Source: Octopus sinensis
Taxonomy: Eukaryota
Assembly: GCF_006345805.1 (NCBI RefSeq)
Contig: NC_043017.1
Span: forward strand, 4,588,001 to 4,652,000
Length of the DNA stretch: 64,000 nt
Direction of reading: 5' to 3'
The notes under the pieces: model-generated
What the model saw: only the letters and a program-made list of their open reading frames with translations
The model's database searches: none
What the model was told of the DNA's origin: nothing
Shown here: in pieces, positions 13,531-27,579 of the stretch
Position numbering within the stretch: position 1 is the first letter of the stretch
Layout of the letters: every line of letters starts with the position of its first letter
Translations under genes and position numbers: made by a program

Positions 13531-16496
13531 AATTATAATAATCCTTTCTACTATAAGCAGAAGGCCTGAAATTTTGGGGGAGGGGTTAAGGCGATTACAT
13601 CAACCCCAGTACTCAACTGGTACTTATTTTATTGACCCTGAAAGGATGAAGGGTAAAGTCAACTTTGGTGGGGTTTGAACTCTGAAAGTAGAGGCAGACA
13701 AAAAGCCACTAAGCATTTTTTCCAGCACAGCAACGATTCTGCCAGCTCACTGCCTTCAATAATAGAAATAATAATAACCCTTTCTCCTATGGGCACAAGT
13801 CCCGAAATTTGTGGGGAGGGAATAGTCGATTACATCAACCCCCTGCTTTCCCAAGTACTTAACTGGTACTTATTTTAGCAACCCCTAAAGGATGAAAGGC
13901 AAAGCCATCCCCAGCAGCATGTGAACCCAGAATGTAAAGATGGCATTGTGCCTGGCATGCTAACGATTCTGCCAGCTCTCCGCCTAATAATAATTATTAA
14001 TTCTTTTAATGGCCACAAGGGTTTAAATAAAGTTACATGAAGAGACAATGACAGGACGATACAAATGAGTTTTAAAAGCATGTAAACAAAATATAACATA
14101 GAAAATTAAATAAATAAAACTCCCAAAAGGGGGAGGCGTTTTAAGGCTACTTGTGGAAAGACCCACAAAGGCCACATGTGCCTGACCTACAGGCAAGAGC
14201 CCTTCTTTTATTTTTCACAGGTGCATGCTCAAAATGAGTCCTTTCACACAGGCCATTTTCCCAACATTTACCCACCTTTCAGCAAATTTGCTCGAAGGCA
14301 ACACTTCTTTCTCCACCCTCCCTTCCTTTCCTTTTCAAGTGAAATATCGCTAATCATTTCTTTTAATGGCACACGACCTGAAATTTAGGAGGAGGGGTAA
14401 GTCGATTACGCTGAACCCCAGTACTCAGCTGGTACTTATTTTATCGAGTCCGAAAAGATGAAAGGCAAAGTCGACCTCGGCGAAATTTGGACTAAGAACG
14501 TGAGGCGGACGAAATACTTATTTCTTTACTACCCACAAGGGGCCAAACACAGAGGGAACAAACAAAGACAGACAGACGGATTAAGTAGATTACATTGACC
14601 CCAGTGCGTAACTGGTACTTATTTAATCGACCCCGAAAGGATAAAAGGTAAAGTCGACCTCGGCGGAATTTGAATTCAGAACGTAACGGCAGACGAAATA
14701 CCGCAAAGTATTTCGCCTGGCGTGCTAACGTTTCTGCTGGGTCGATTTCTTTGACTAAAATCCTCCAAAGCGGTGCCCCAGCATGGCCCCATATGATGAC
14801 TGAAACATTTAAAAGGTAAAAGATGGTGAGAACCCCTGCTCCTAAAATATAAACAAGTTCATGAGGGGATTTGTGTGACTGAACAATAAGCTCACCCAAA
14901 AGTTCCGAGTTCAGTCCCTACTAAAGGTGGTATTTAAATGTAAGCAAGAGGACACCTAGTAACTGCTTAGGTGGTCCCAGCTCCCTTAGAGTGTCAGGAA
15001 CTAACGGGCCGAAGCACCTGTTTGACGGGAGTTCTTCTTCGAAAGATTTCTCCTGCTGTCTGCTCGCTCCACAGCGAGTTTCTGTTCCTTACACCCGCAT
15101 ATATTTCATATCGAAACTACGGCGAAAGACATGACGTTAGCTTCGCTGCTCGGCTGTGACAAGATACGAAAAGAGGAAGAAGCTGCACTTTTGTCCAAAT
15201 CGTAAGATTTTGTTGATCAAATATTTGAAAACAACCCAGTCTAACGATGAGATACTTTAATTATTTTATTGTTTGATAAAAAAAGACACAATCCAATGTA
15301 TGTTTTAAAACGGTAAGTTAACGAATATTTGCTTTAAGGCTTTAAAAATGTAATAAAGATTATAGAATTATGTCTCTTTGAAGACACATTGAGAAAAGTT
15401 ATTGTTTCTTCACCAGGATAAAAACTATCAAACGATCCTTGATGATCTGTAGTTTTCGAAAACCCTGGATTAACCGTTGTTAACCTTCTAGGTTTGGCGA
15501 ATATTTACAAATCAAACCTACGACGAAAGTGAAATTTTAAAACCTTTTAGATGTTAATTGACCCGAGACCGCCTCTGGTGCCCTGATACAAACTTTATGT
15601 TTTCAAGGGATCTAAATTAAAACTACCCTTGAAAAATTTTTGTGTTAATTTATACTGTAGGCAATATCTGTTTTTTGTGGGGTTCGGGGGCGGAAAACAA
15701 GGGCCACCCCGGGCAGCACGCACTCTAGCTACGTTATTGGTTACAACGTATGAATATACACTCTTTATAATAATAATGAAATTATTGTATACAGTGCTCA
15801 GGTGCACCACAATATCTATATCCATATCTTCGATCGCACTGTTTACAAAGACCTATTCATATACAAAACATCGCAACTTTCAGTGTTGGCTCCAAATTTT
15901 ATAAGAAATCTTGTAGAGATAACTTTAAAAAGTGATTTAATTTTATATATTATGTTACAAAATCTAAAAGTGTGGCTGTCATTTGTAAATGTTTAGAATT
16001 CACTTAATGTTGTTTCATGTAATATAAATAACATATTAAAAGTAAAGCTCAGTTGTTCAGGTAAATGTATATGTCAACACTTCATCTTTATAGAAATGTA
16101 ATAAAATTCCCTCTGTTAAATCCCTGCTTTTAAGCGTCCTCTATTTCTTATACTATTTCTCTATTTCAGAATATCAGATGGCACTGGCGTAACAATATTT
16201 TACTTCACATGCTTCTTCAATATTTATCATCTTTAAAGACTCCAGGAGAATTATATATATACTACAATTACTGTGTAATATTTCCTCTGATTGAGATTAT
16301 TAGCAACATTGCATGATTACAAGATGAGTTTGGATACCAATTAAACGTGGAGAAATTTGCAAAGAAGTTTGTATCTTCAGATATTGATGGATAGTTACTA
16401 CAGTTGTTGACAACAGAGCAACAGAAATCGTAATTGGAAGTATAAAAACAAAAAGGAAATAATTATATTGTAGTGGGATAAAATAAATTATGGAGA

Positions 16497-17522
16497 ATGG
16501 ATTATGTGAAAACCAAATTAAATGTAAAAAAACAGTCCAAAAGCATTGATTTTTCTGATAAGATGTCTAAAGAGATTGGGAAAATGTCGTACCACTGTGA
16601 TATCTGCAAAAAGACATTCCATCAGAAAGCTAGCATAACTACTCACAGACGTACTCATACAGGGGAAAAACCATATCACTGCGATATCTGTGGGAAAACA
16701 TTCTCTGAAACTGGTCATTTAAAAAGACACAAACGCATTCATACAGGAGAGAAGCCATATCACTGTGATGTCTGTGGGAAAACATTCTCTCAAACCAGTC
16801 ATTTGACTATACACAAGCGTTTTCATACTGGAGACAAACCCTATCACTGCGATATCTGTGGTAAATCATTCTCTCAGAAGAGTCACTTAACTACTCACAA
16901 ACGTTTCCATACAGGAGATAAACCTTATTGCTGTGATATCTGTGGTACATCATTCTCTCAGACAAGTCACTTGACTATTCACAAACGTATTCATACAGGC
17001 GAGAAGCCATATCACTGTGATATCTGTGGCAAATCATTCTCACAAAATAGTGACATATCTAAACATAAATACATTCATACAGGAGAGAAGCCCTATTGCT
17101 GTGATACTTGTGGTAAACCATTCTCCACCAGTAGTGATTTAACCAAACATAAACGTGTTCATTCAGGAGAGAAACCGTATCACTGTGACATCTGCGGCAA
17201 ATCGTTCTCTGTAGGCAGCACATTGGTCACTCATAAACGCATTCATACAGGAGAGAAGCAACATCACTGCGATATCTGTGGCAAATCATTTTCAGGAAGT
17301 AGCGAATTAACTACACATATACGCATTCATACAGGAGAGAAGCCATATTGCTGTGATATCTGTGGCAAATCCTTCTCCAGAAGTGGTGACTTAACTACAC
17401 ACATACGTATTCATACAGGAGAGAAGCCATATCACTGTCGTACCTGTGATAAGTCATTCTCACAGACAGGTTGCTTAACTCGACACAAGTGTGTTCATAC
17501 AGATGAAACAACATATAACTGA
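16497..17522 (+). CDS. C2H2 zinc-finger protein ZNF-3 (11 fingers); ancestral ATG at 16490 is out of frame
   Basis: 11 tandem fingers. Acceptor ends at 16169. ATG16490 encodes [14 protein letters not shown] and goes out of frame at the A7 run 16526-16532. Confidence 0.92.
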   Translation: MDYVKTKLNVKKQSKSIDFSDKMSKEIGKMSYHCDICKKTFHQKASITTHRRTHTGEKPYHCDICGKTFSETGHLKRHKRIHTGEKPYHCDVCGKTFSQTSHLTIHKRFHTGDKPYHCDICGKSFSQKSHLTTHKRFHTGDKPYCCDICGTSFSQTSHLTIHKRIHTGEKPYHCDICGKSFSQNSDISKHKYIHTGEKPYCCDTCGKPFSTSSDLTKHKRVHSGEKPYHCDICGKSFSVGSTLVTHKRIHTGEKQHHCDICGKSFSGSSELTTHIRIHTGEKPYCCDICGKSFSRSGDLTTHIRIHTGEKPYHCRTCDKSFSQTGCLTRHKCVHTDETTYN

Positions 17523-18899
17523 TCATCCGCATCATTTAATGTCCATTTTCTATGCTGGCATTGGTTGGACAGTTTGATAGCAGCTGTAAGGCCAGGGGGC
17601 TACAGCAGATTCTGTTGTCTGCTCTAGCATGATTTCTGCTGCTAACTGCCCTTCCTAATGCCAACCACTTTACAGAGTGTCCTGGGTGCTTTTTATCGGG
17701 CATCAGCACAAATGCTTTTTTCATTTACATAGCACCATCAACAGGGATTCTTTTTATGTGGCACCAGCACTGACAGAGTCACCGAGTAACTTGCAAAACA
17801 AGCTGATATCTGTGATAAATCATTCTTCCTTCAAAAATCACATAATTACATATGTGTGTGTCAGTGTGGCCTCAAATTTGAACAAATTTATAGTTTCTAA
17901 ATCATCATCATTAATATTTTAAATGTCCATCATGTTTGTTGTTATGAGTTGGGCATGTCTCTTATACAAGCCATCGCTGTATTTTCTCAGTTGGTTGTCA
18001 TTTCAGCATTGAGGCACAGAATCTTAAATTCTGACTTTGTCGTCCTTTGTGAATAACTAGAAATCTGAAGCTGGTTTACTCCTGAATTATTTTCTCTAAT
18101 TTCTTTTCCTGTTACATGCAACTAAAATTTTATTGTATCTTGGGACGGTCATTATGCCAGTTATAAACACACTGGTCCAATTTCACTTCTTTTATTATTA
18201 TTAGTCAATTCATTAACATTTAACCAATTAGCTAATCAATTGTTTGATTAATCATTTAGTCAACCAATCAATAGACTAAATTTGTTAAAGCAATTATTCA
18301 AAATTGATATAAATAAATACACTTATTTTGTCTGTATGTATGTTGTCATCATCATTTAATGTCCGTTTTCCATGCTGGCATGGGTTGGATGGCTTGACAG
18401 GAACTGGCAAAGCCAAGGGCTACACCAGGTTCCCTAGTCTGTTTTGGCTTGGCTTCTACAGCTGGATGCCCTTTCTAATCCCCAACCACTTTACAGAGTG
18501 TACTGGATGTTTTTTTACATGGTACCTACATCAATGAGCAACTGATGACTCATTCAGAATGCATATGCAGATATAAATCTGAATGACCTCTAGAGCAAGG
18601 CAAGCGTCATGTCCTTTGTTTTTATGAGGCACATGCAGCAGCAAACTACGGCACTGGCTCGGCAGAGATTAAATGCTATATAAAGTCTGAAGGGAACATT
18701 TAAATCCAGATACGACAACCATTTTACTACCTTTAGGCACTCCAAAAGGAGACATGCAACGATGCTCTTGGCATAAATATAGAGACTGAAGGATGCAAAC
18801 ATCAATGACTTCATCAAATGGAAGATCCTTTCTGAGATCACACCTTACATTAACAGGTCAAAATCACGTTCTTTGTGGTCACTTGAAAAACTGGATCAT

Positions 18900-19404
18900 C
18901 TAATCATCATCATCATTGTTCGACCGTGGTCGAGACAATGGAATTTACCATGCTACGCCAGACTTCATGGTCCATCATAGCATTACGGAGGTCCTGTTGC
19001 TGGATGCCTGTATCCCTGGAGATTACATCAGGGTAGGAGAGTGTGCGCCCTCTGGTATCGCGTGCAGATTGCTTCCAGAGGAGAAGAGTAGAAATCACCT
19101 CGTTTTCAGCTCTACAACAATGTCCAGCAAACTGGACTCTTCTACCTTTCACAAGAGATGACACAGGTGGTAGTTTCCCATATATTTGCATTTTGGTTGG
19201 ATGGCGCTTCCACGAGAGATTTTGAGCTCTCATAAGGAGGCGAGTGTAGGTTCCATCCAACTGCCTCTCAAGCTTCTTTGATAACGTCCAGGTTTCTGAG
19301 CCATATAGTAGAATTGGTTCGACTGTGGCTTTGAAGATTTCAAGTTTGAAGTCTCTACTTAGATTTGATGACCAGATCTTATGCATGTCATCTAAAGACC
19401 CCAA
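18900..19404 (-). mobile_element. RTE-clade (RTE-X-like) LINE 3' end
   Basis: ILLYGSETWTL..RRVQFAGHCCR..LLLW..RGRTLSYPD..DHEVWR is a LINE ORF2 C-terminal domain. The stop is followed by a (TGA)n tail. Confidence 0.85.
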
Positions 19405-19939
19405 GAACTACCAGGAACTGTATAAATAGGAAAACTAAGACTTTTCATCATGTCTGCATTTTACAAAGTACATCAGAGGAATTAAAGATAAACCACCAAA
19501 CAGACTATAATTCATTCCAGTGTTGGTTTATGAAATTTTCCACACTAAAGGCTATTTTCTGTACAGTTAATTATCTCCCTTCCGTTGCACACTACCTTCA
19601 AGATATGTGTGCTCATTCAAACCTCAATCACTAAACCAGCTTGAAAAATGGCTAAATAAATTTAATATTTTGGTGAGGAAACACTAGGTAGCTGATATTT
19701 CACAAGGCTTTAAGTACTGGGGTCAATTCATTTGACTAAAACTTTTTAATGACTGGAAAAAGTAATATAAAAAAATGTGTGTACATAGGTACTAACTTAT
19801 CTGTAAATGCTTTTATGTACATTCATATATTTATACTTGTGTATGTAAAATTGAACACAGTCTCACACATGCATACATGTACATATATCATCATCATCGT
19901 TTAACGTCTGCTTTCACAGAGAATTAGAAGTTTTTAGCT

Positions 19940-20720
19940 GCATTGAAGAGTATTATCGAAAGTGGCATATATTTAGAAAAAGTGTAGGTAGGAACCCCAT
20001 CAGATGCACCCGGTGTAAGCTTTGGACACATAAAAGGTGCAGCTATATCAGAGCAAGGCTAACAGGGAAAATAGCTTTTGTATGTGAAAGATGCACAGAT
20101 ACAATATACGCTGAAAATGTACAGAAAATAGACTCCATCAACTGCCAGGTGGGCAAGCTTGAAGTAGTAGGTAGCTCCTGTTATCTAGGTGACCAACTTA
20201 GTAGTGAAGGTGGATGCTCCGAGAGCATAGCTGTGAGAATACGATTAGGCTGAGCAAAATTCAGAGAGCTTCTACCTCTGCTGGCAACAAAGGGTCTATC
20301 TCTTAGAGTGAAAGGCAGATTGTATGATGCCTGTGTGCAAACTGCTATGCTACATGGCAGTGAAACATGGGATGTGAGAGTGTAGGCTTGAAAGAAATGA
20401 AGCCAGTATGCTTTGCTAGATGTGCAATGTCAGTGAGTATGTTCGACAAAGGGTAAACATCTTGAGAGAAAAATTAACTATAAGAGGCATCAGATGTGTG
20501 TAAGAGAGACGACTGCACTGGTATGGTCATGTGATGTGTATGGACGAGGACAGGTATGTAAAGAAGTGATCTCTAACTGTGGAGAGCACCTGTGGTAGAG
20601 GTAGACATGGGACAAGGTGGTGGAGCATGATCTTCAAACTTTGAGCCTCACTGAGGCAATGACGAGTGACCAAGACCTTTAGCGATGTGCTGTGCATGAG
20701 AAGACTCATCAAGCCCAATG
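19940..20720 (+). mobile_element. Degenerate RTE (BovB-like) LINE ORF2 fragment
   Basis: Translates to IRCTRCKLWTHKRC..FVCERC..YLGDQLSSEGGCSESIAVRIR..FRELLPLL..LRVKGRLYDACV..LHGSETW, with stops and frameshifts. Confidence 0.8.
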
Positions 20721-21189
20721 AAATCATAATCATGAGTGATGTTGGTACCGTGTAACTGGCACCCATGCCAGTGGTGTGTAGAGAGCACCTTTCGAGTGTT
20801 GGGCCTCATGGAGGCAAAGTGGTTGAGTTCGTTTCAAGCATTGAGTCTCACAGAGGCAAGTTCCATCCGAGCATTGGTCCTCATGGAGGTGAGTTCCTTT
20901 TGAGTGTTGGGTTTCTTAGAGGCAATGACCGAGACCTTTGGCATTATGTCATGCTTGAGAAGAAGACCCATCAAGCTGTATGAGATCACAGTCATGACAG
21001 ATACCAGTGTCATGCAAATGGCACCCATGCCATATAGAAACCATGCCATATAAGACTGGAGTCTGGTACAGCTCCCCAGCTTGCCAGCCCTGGTCAAACC
21101 ATCCAACCCATGCCAGCATTGAAAGTGGGCATTAAAGGATGATGATAATGATAAATAATCCTTTCTTCTAAAAGCACAAAGACTAAAAA

Positions 21190-21720
21190 GTTTCACATCT
21201 TTTCAAGCACAGCAAACAGCCAGAAGTCTTGACCCCGTCATCTCCTCTGATGCCCAACATCTGAAGATCCCCTCTCATTACTTTGTCCGTCTTCCTGGGT
21301 CTACCCCTTCCACATGTTCCCTCCATAATTAGAGCCCAGCACTTCTTGATGCAGCTGTCCTCATCCATATGCATTACATGACTGTACCAGTGCAGTCTTC
21401 TCTGCTGCACACTAGATCTGATGCCTCATACATCCAGTTTTTCTCTCAAATCACTTACACTCTGTTGTACATGCACACTGACATTACCCATCCAGTGGAC
21501 CATACTGGCTTCCTTTCTTTCAAGTCTTCGCATTTTCTCAGCACTCACAGTCCATAATCTTACACAGTCATCGTTTAACCTCCCTTTCACTCTGAGGAAG
21601 AGGCCCTTCATTACTAACAGAAGCAACAACTCTTTGAACTTTGCCCAGCCTATTCTTATTCTAGTGGCTATGCTTTCAGAACGACCTCCACCGCTATTAA
21701 TTGGGTCCCTAAGTAACGAA
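21190..21720 (-). mobile_element. Degenerate RTE LINE ORF2 C-terminal fragment
   Basis: LRVKGRL..WTVSAEKMRRLERKEASMVHWM and RRLHWYSHVMHMDEDSCIKKC..GRGRPRKT. Same family as 19940-20720 but in the opposite orientation. Confidence 0.8.
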
Positions 21721-22429
21721 ACTGTCTAATACTTCTAATATGTATAAAACGGGTTTATGAGGTTTCTGTTTACAAAATTTCACTCACAAGGTATTGGTCA
21801 ATTTGAGGCTGAAGAATATGATGAACACACTTGCAGTGGGATTGAACACAGACCTATCTAGCAGATGTGTGCAAAGTTAACTTGTATAGCTAGGCATGTA
21901 ACTAAAAATTCATCAAGTTTGTGAATTTTTAAAGTTTATGGTTGGATTAGTTCAAGTGTTAAGATGGTTTCTGCATTCAGAATGAGAAGGAGAATAATGT
22001 GAAAATGAACAGCTTTATTTGAATTTCATGTCATTAAAGATAATTATAAAAAGTAATAAGGTCAGAACTCTGGATTCAATAGCTGAGGAAACAAAATATT
22101 GAAAATATGGGATGATATACTGCAGACGATAGACAGGCAATTCGTCAACAGATAACTTACAGTAAATATGTGATCATCCTTGCAATTGACCGATTGGACA
22201 ATTTTCTGGTTCTATCAATGATATAGGCGTCCCCTTTGTATAGAAGCCTTCTGCCTCCTCATTCCATTTTGGTGAACTCTATGATCGATACTTCCACATG
22301 TTGACTTATTGTCCAATCAGTGAATTGTCAGCACACGACTTCCGACATGTCAAACACGCAATCTGCAAGCAACAGGTGGCCATTTCCAAACACAAGTGGA
22401 GCCCATAAGTGGCATAGCTGCATGTTTAA

Positions 22430-22646
22430 CCCTTTCGTTACCAACCCGGCTGAAACCGGCTCTGGCTCTTTAGTACAAATGTCTTCCTTTCAAAAGTTCT
22501 GAATGAAAATCTTCCAAACCTTAGTCACAATTTATGTTCCTAACACTAGCTGAATGTCAACTAAATTATTTTACTAAATTCTTTGTTATATTTAAAGTTA
22601 ATTGAAAGAAACAGAGCATCTTAAAATGAATACAGTAACGAAAGGG
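22430..22646. mobile_element. piggyBac-type MITE
   Basis: Perfect terminal inverted repeat CCCTTTCGTTAC/GTAACGAAAGGG, flanked by TTAA at 22426-29 and 22647-50. Confidence 0.85.
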
Positions 22647-23683
22647 TTAAAAATCATTATCAGTGTCATGATCATTTATCATCCGTTTTCCATGCTGGAA
22701 CGGGTTGGATGGTTTGACAGGAGCTGGCCAGGTTCCAGTTGCTTGTTCTGGCAGGATCTCTATGGATGGATGCCCTTCCAAACACCAACCACTTTACACA
22801 GTGTACAGGGTGCTTTTACGCGACACCAGCACAGGTGTTTTTTACATGGCCCTGGTACCCACAATCCCTCAAGATTAGGAATACTCAGCTGAAGAGAGAT
22901 CCTGGGGACATGCTTGTATGCAAGGATGATCACGTATTTACCGTATTTTAACATGTGTAAGAACCCTTTTTTGTCAAAAATTAGGTTAAGAAAACATGAA
23001 AGTTTCTTACACATGGATAGTATTATAATCCTTTACAAAACCTTTTTTCCAAATTTCAAGCCCCCAAAATAAGGGGTTCCTTATACATGTTAAAATACAG
23101 TACTTAGCTTGATGTGTTTTCTCAAGCACAGCATACCACCAGAAGTCTCAGTCCCCTGATATCTCTCTTAGACATTTAAAAACGGGAAACCCGAAAAATT
23201 CTTGATAGTAAAAATAATTAATACAATTTAATTGATAAAAATAGGATTAATGATGAGCAAATAAACGGTTTTAAAGGATTTTTACTTAACAATAAAGATT
23301 TTATATGACAGGAATCTTTGTTCTAAATGTGTGTTTTAGAGTATGCAGACCCTATGGCAACATGTATGTGAACAATGTGGCCCACAAGGACTGCAGTTTG
23401 ACATGCCTGATACAAAGTATGGTAGGTATGTCCAACACATAACATCATACAGAATGGTTACAATGATTCACAACTTCTACCACATAAATTATCTCACCAA
23501 TGTCCAGTTGTGACTGTATAAATTATAATATTGGCAGATTGTTACCATACAGTTATATTTTCTTTTTTGTTTGTAAATATATTTGTGCTTAGGGTGTTAA
23601 TGTTGATATAGTTAATTTCCTTTATGGAATCCACACATGCATATAAAAGTGATTTATTTTTAAAGAATGATTTATCCTTGTTA

Positions 23684-24874
23684 TCAGTCACATGGCTTTA
23701 CTCCTGTATGAATATGCTTGTGTCTAGATACACTACATCTTTGAGAAAATGATTTTCCACAAATATCACAGTGATATGGCTTCTCTCCCGTATGAATATA
23801 TCTATGAGTAGTTAATTGATCGTTTCGAGAAAATGATTTACTACAAATATCGCAATGATATGGTTTCTCGCCCGTATGTCTGTATTTGTGAGTAGTTAAC
23901 TCACCACTTTGACAGAACGAAATACCACAGATATCACACTGATATGGCTTCTCTCCCGTATGAACACGTTTGTGAGTAGTTAAGTTATGATTTCGAGAGA
24001 ATGTTTTATCACAGATATCACACTGATATGGTTTCTCTCCAGTATGAATGCGTCTGTGCTTAGTTAAGTGGCCAGTTTGTAAAAATGATTTACCACAGAT
24101 ATCACAGTGATATGGCTTCTCCCCTGTATGGATACGGTTGTGAGTAGTTAAGTGGTGATTTCGAGAGAATGATCGACCACAGATATCACACTGATATGGT
24201 TTCTCTCCTGTATGAACACGTTTATGCTTAGTTAAGTGACCAGCTTGAGAGAATGATTTATCACAGATATCACATTGATATGGTTTTTCTCCCGTGTGAA
24301 CATGCTTGTGTTTAGTTAAATGATCACTTTGAGAAAATGAGTTACCACAGATATCACAGTGATATGGTTTCTCTCCTGTATGAATGCGTTTGTGAGAAGT
24401 TAAATTACTACTTGAAGAGAATGATTTTCCACAGGTATCACAACGAAATGGTTTCTCGCCTGTATGAATACGTTTGTGTTTAGTTAAGTCACCACCACTT
24501 CGAGAGAATGATTTACCACAGATATTACAAAAATAGGGTTTTTCACCTGTATGAATACGCCTGTGGGTTGTTAAGGTATTTCTATGAGAGAATGATTCGC
24601 CACAGATATCGCAGTGAAATGGTCTTTCTCCCGTATGTATACGGATATGAGTAGTTAAGATATTTTTATGAGAGAATGATTTACCACAGATATCACAGTG
24701 ATATGGTTTTTCTCCTGTATGAATACGTTTGTGACCTTTATGTGAGAAGGACTTTTTACAGATATTACAGTAGTGCAATGTTTTTTGTTTCTCTTTCGTT
24801 ATATTATCCAGAAAACCAGTCCTTTTAATCTGCGTTTCACATTTAATTTTTTGCTCACAAATTTCATTTTCCAT
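23684..24874 (-). CDS. C2H2 zinc-finger protein ZNF-4 (12 fingers plus 1 shortened first finger)
   Basis: 396-aa ORF starting MENEICE with tandem fingers and TGEKP linkers. Acceptor at 25116-25118. Confidence 0.95.
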   Translation of the reverse strand: MENEICEQKIKCETQIKRTGFLDNITKEKQKTLHYCNICKKSFSHKGHKRIHTGEKPYHCDICGKSFSHKNILTTHIRIHTGERPFHCDICGESFSHRNTLTTHRRIHTGEKPYFCNICGKSFSRSGGDLTKHKRIHTGEKPFRCDTCGKSFSSSSNLTSHKRIHTGEKPYHCDICGNSFSQSDHLTKHKHVHTGEKPYQCDICDKSFSQAGHLTKHKRVHTGEKPYQCDICGRSFSRNHHLTTHNRIHTGEKPYHCDICGKSFLQTGHLTKHRRIHTGEKPYQCDICDKTFSRNHNLTTHKRVHTGEKPYQCDICGISFCQSGELTTHKYRHTGEKPYHCDICSKSFSRNDQLTTHRYIHTGEKPYHCDICGKSFSQRCSVSRHKHIHTGVKPCD

Positions 24875-25200
24875 AATTTTCCTTCTATCATCACAACGAA
24901 AAGATGCTTTTCTTCCTTTAGTTGTTAAATGTAGTGAAGTAGAAAAATTTTGTTAATAACCTCAGAGGACATTTTCTGATGCAATTCTACTGGAGATTTA
25001 TATAAACAGGTTCATATCTGTTCAGTGTATTCCATGTCTTTGTCTATGAATTATGATGAATAGTTATGGTGCTTCCAAAGTAGAAAATTCTTTAATACCA
25101 ATATCAACTGATACTCTGAAATAATAAAGAAACAAGATAAGATTAAGTATAGACTAATAAAATAAAAATTTAGTAATGGAACTTTTACTACAATTCTAGT

Positions 25201-25536
25201 GAAGGCGCATGGCTCAGTGGTTAGAGCGTCAAGCTTACGACTGTGAGGTTGTGAGTTCGAATCCCGAAACAGGCTGCATATTGTGTTCTTGAGCAAGACA
25301 CTTTATTTCATGTTGCTCTAGTTCACTCAGCTGTAGAAATGAGTTGAGACGTCACAGGTGCCAAGCTGTATCGGCCCCTTTGCCTTTCCCTTGGATAACA
25401 CTGGTGGCATGGTGAGGGGAGGCCGGTATGCATGGGCGACTGCTGGTCTTCCGTAAACAACCTTGCCTGGACTTGTGCCTGGGAGGGTAACTTTCTAGGT
25501 GCAATCCCATGGTCAGTCATGACCGAAGGGGGTCTC
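25201..25536 (+). mobile_element. tRNA-derived SINE, family D
   Basis: Full head-to-tail match to the copy at 7841-8179. Confidence 0.85.
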
Positions 25537-25784
25537 AACTACAATTCTATGTTGATAGACTGTAAATATAGAAACTTTACCTGAACAATCAAACTTTCCT
25601 TTTTTAATTCGTTACTAAAATTACATCACATAACCTTGTAATGAAGTTTACATATTTGTAAACTACAGCTATACCTTCAAATTGTTTATCATAAGAAACA
25701 GGGTAGAATCAGAAAGGTCCAAGAATCTAGTAACCCAGTAAATAATGTACTTCGTTTACCGTTCCTCTTGAAACACTCCCTTTG

Positions 25785-25995
25785 AAAATATACACATTAA
25801 TGAGAGTTGCTGAAGCATGGAACAAACTGCCAGCATCAGTTGTTAGTTGTCGGAGCACTGCATCCTTCAAAACTTCCATGCTTTCTGAGATTCGCCAACA
25901 CTACACCTGATTTTCTCCCCTCCATACACACACACTGCATATACTCTATACGCACTTTCTGAGAAGTTGTGGTGCACCTGAGCACTGTATACAAT
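25785..25995 (+). mobile_element. CR1-like LINE 3' end
   Basis: RVAEAWNKLPASVVSCRSTASFK is the typical CR1 C-terminal WN.LP motif. Ends in an (ATT)n tail. Confidence 0.65.
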
Positions 25996-27579
25996 AATTT
26001 CATTATTATTATTTAAATCTTCCACACCTCAAAAGCACTCAGGAAAATCATTCATTACCAACTGTGATTCTTCATTTTAGAAGAGTTGGACGATTGTAAG
26101 GCAAAAAAAAAAGTGCATCAGTTTTCTCAGAGGATATATACGACATGTTTGATCGTAACAGAAAAGAGAGTGGAACCAGTATTTAGTTATATCCATCCCT
26201 TTATGTTCTGAATCCAAACGCCACCGTAAGTGGTCTTCCCCGGTCATAATTCTGGGATGATCAAATAAGGAGACATCCTTGTTTCTGACACAACAAAATG
26301 GCGATCTTTCGTTTGTAGATCGCAAAAGGAAAGGTTAAACAAATCAGTAATAATCGTCAATGAGATAAAAGTGCACGTATTGCCAGGCACCCTCATTAGC
26401 ATTAATTGTAGGCATGCCATGGTGACCCATGCACGAACACGATGGAAGATACGTAGAGCAAAATTAAAGAAAAAATGTCGCGCTATGCTTCGAAAGTGGC
26501 ACACCCTGTTTCCACATTATTATCCTACAATTTAATATTTTAGTATTCTTTTACTTGTTTCAGTCAGGCTGCGGCCATGCTGGAGCATCGGCTTGAAGAA
26601 TTTTAGTCGCACGAATCAACCCAGTACTTTTTTTAAAAACCTGGTACTTATTCTATTGGACACTTTACCCAAAACCGTTTCGTTATGAAGAAGTAAATAC
26701 ATATTAGTAATAAATAATTCGGACTTTATATAGAGAGATATGTAGATATATATCATTATCATTTACATTTCGTAATAAACCCGTTGAACATTTCATTATA
26801 TATCAATTAAAATTAACCATAAATCAGGTAACGTTCGCTTATATTGATTTCAAATTTTTGGCACAAAGCCGGCCACTTCGGGGGAAAGAAACGAATCCAT
26901 TATATTGACTCCGGTGTTCAACTGGTACTCCTTTTATCGACCCCCGAAAGGATAAAAGGCAAAATCGACCTCAGCGGAATTTGAACTCAGATGGACGTAG
27001 AGATGTACGAGATGCTACTAACGGTTCCGCCAGCTCGACACCTTCAAACATTCGCTTCTATTTGGCGATTATTAACAATTTCCGTTATTTTCATCCTGTG
27101 GTCTTCTTCAAGTAAAATCTCATTAACAAAAACTTCGAATTCATTTTATAAGGTATGGACGTTCAGTCCTGTGTCTTCAGAAATAAACAGATCCATGTCT
27201 TGCGAGAAGAAACGGTAAAATTACCGAAGACGAAGGAACGGCATCCTGTATGAGGAAATATTCCCCCCTGTTATGTGCTTTCACTTCTGTACGAATATTC
27301 TGCCCTCAAAAGGGGGCACACAGTTCTATTATTTACTCACATAATAACAATTATAAAGCAAAACTTTGTCAACTTACGTGTCTCGATGCAAACAGCGATC
27401 GACCCAATTAACCAACAACAAAAACGAAACATCAATTAAAAGTTTCGAGTCATCAAAGTTATTTCCCTTTCCTAAGATGTATTTCGTGAATTGTCCGGTA
27501 GGAGAGGGAAGCTTCCTGGTGGGCAGGGACTTATGATAAGCATGTAGACGATGATTTTAAGCACTCACAAGGCGCCACA

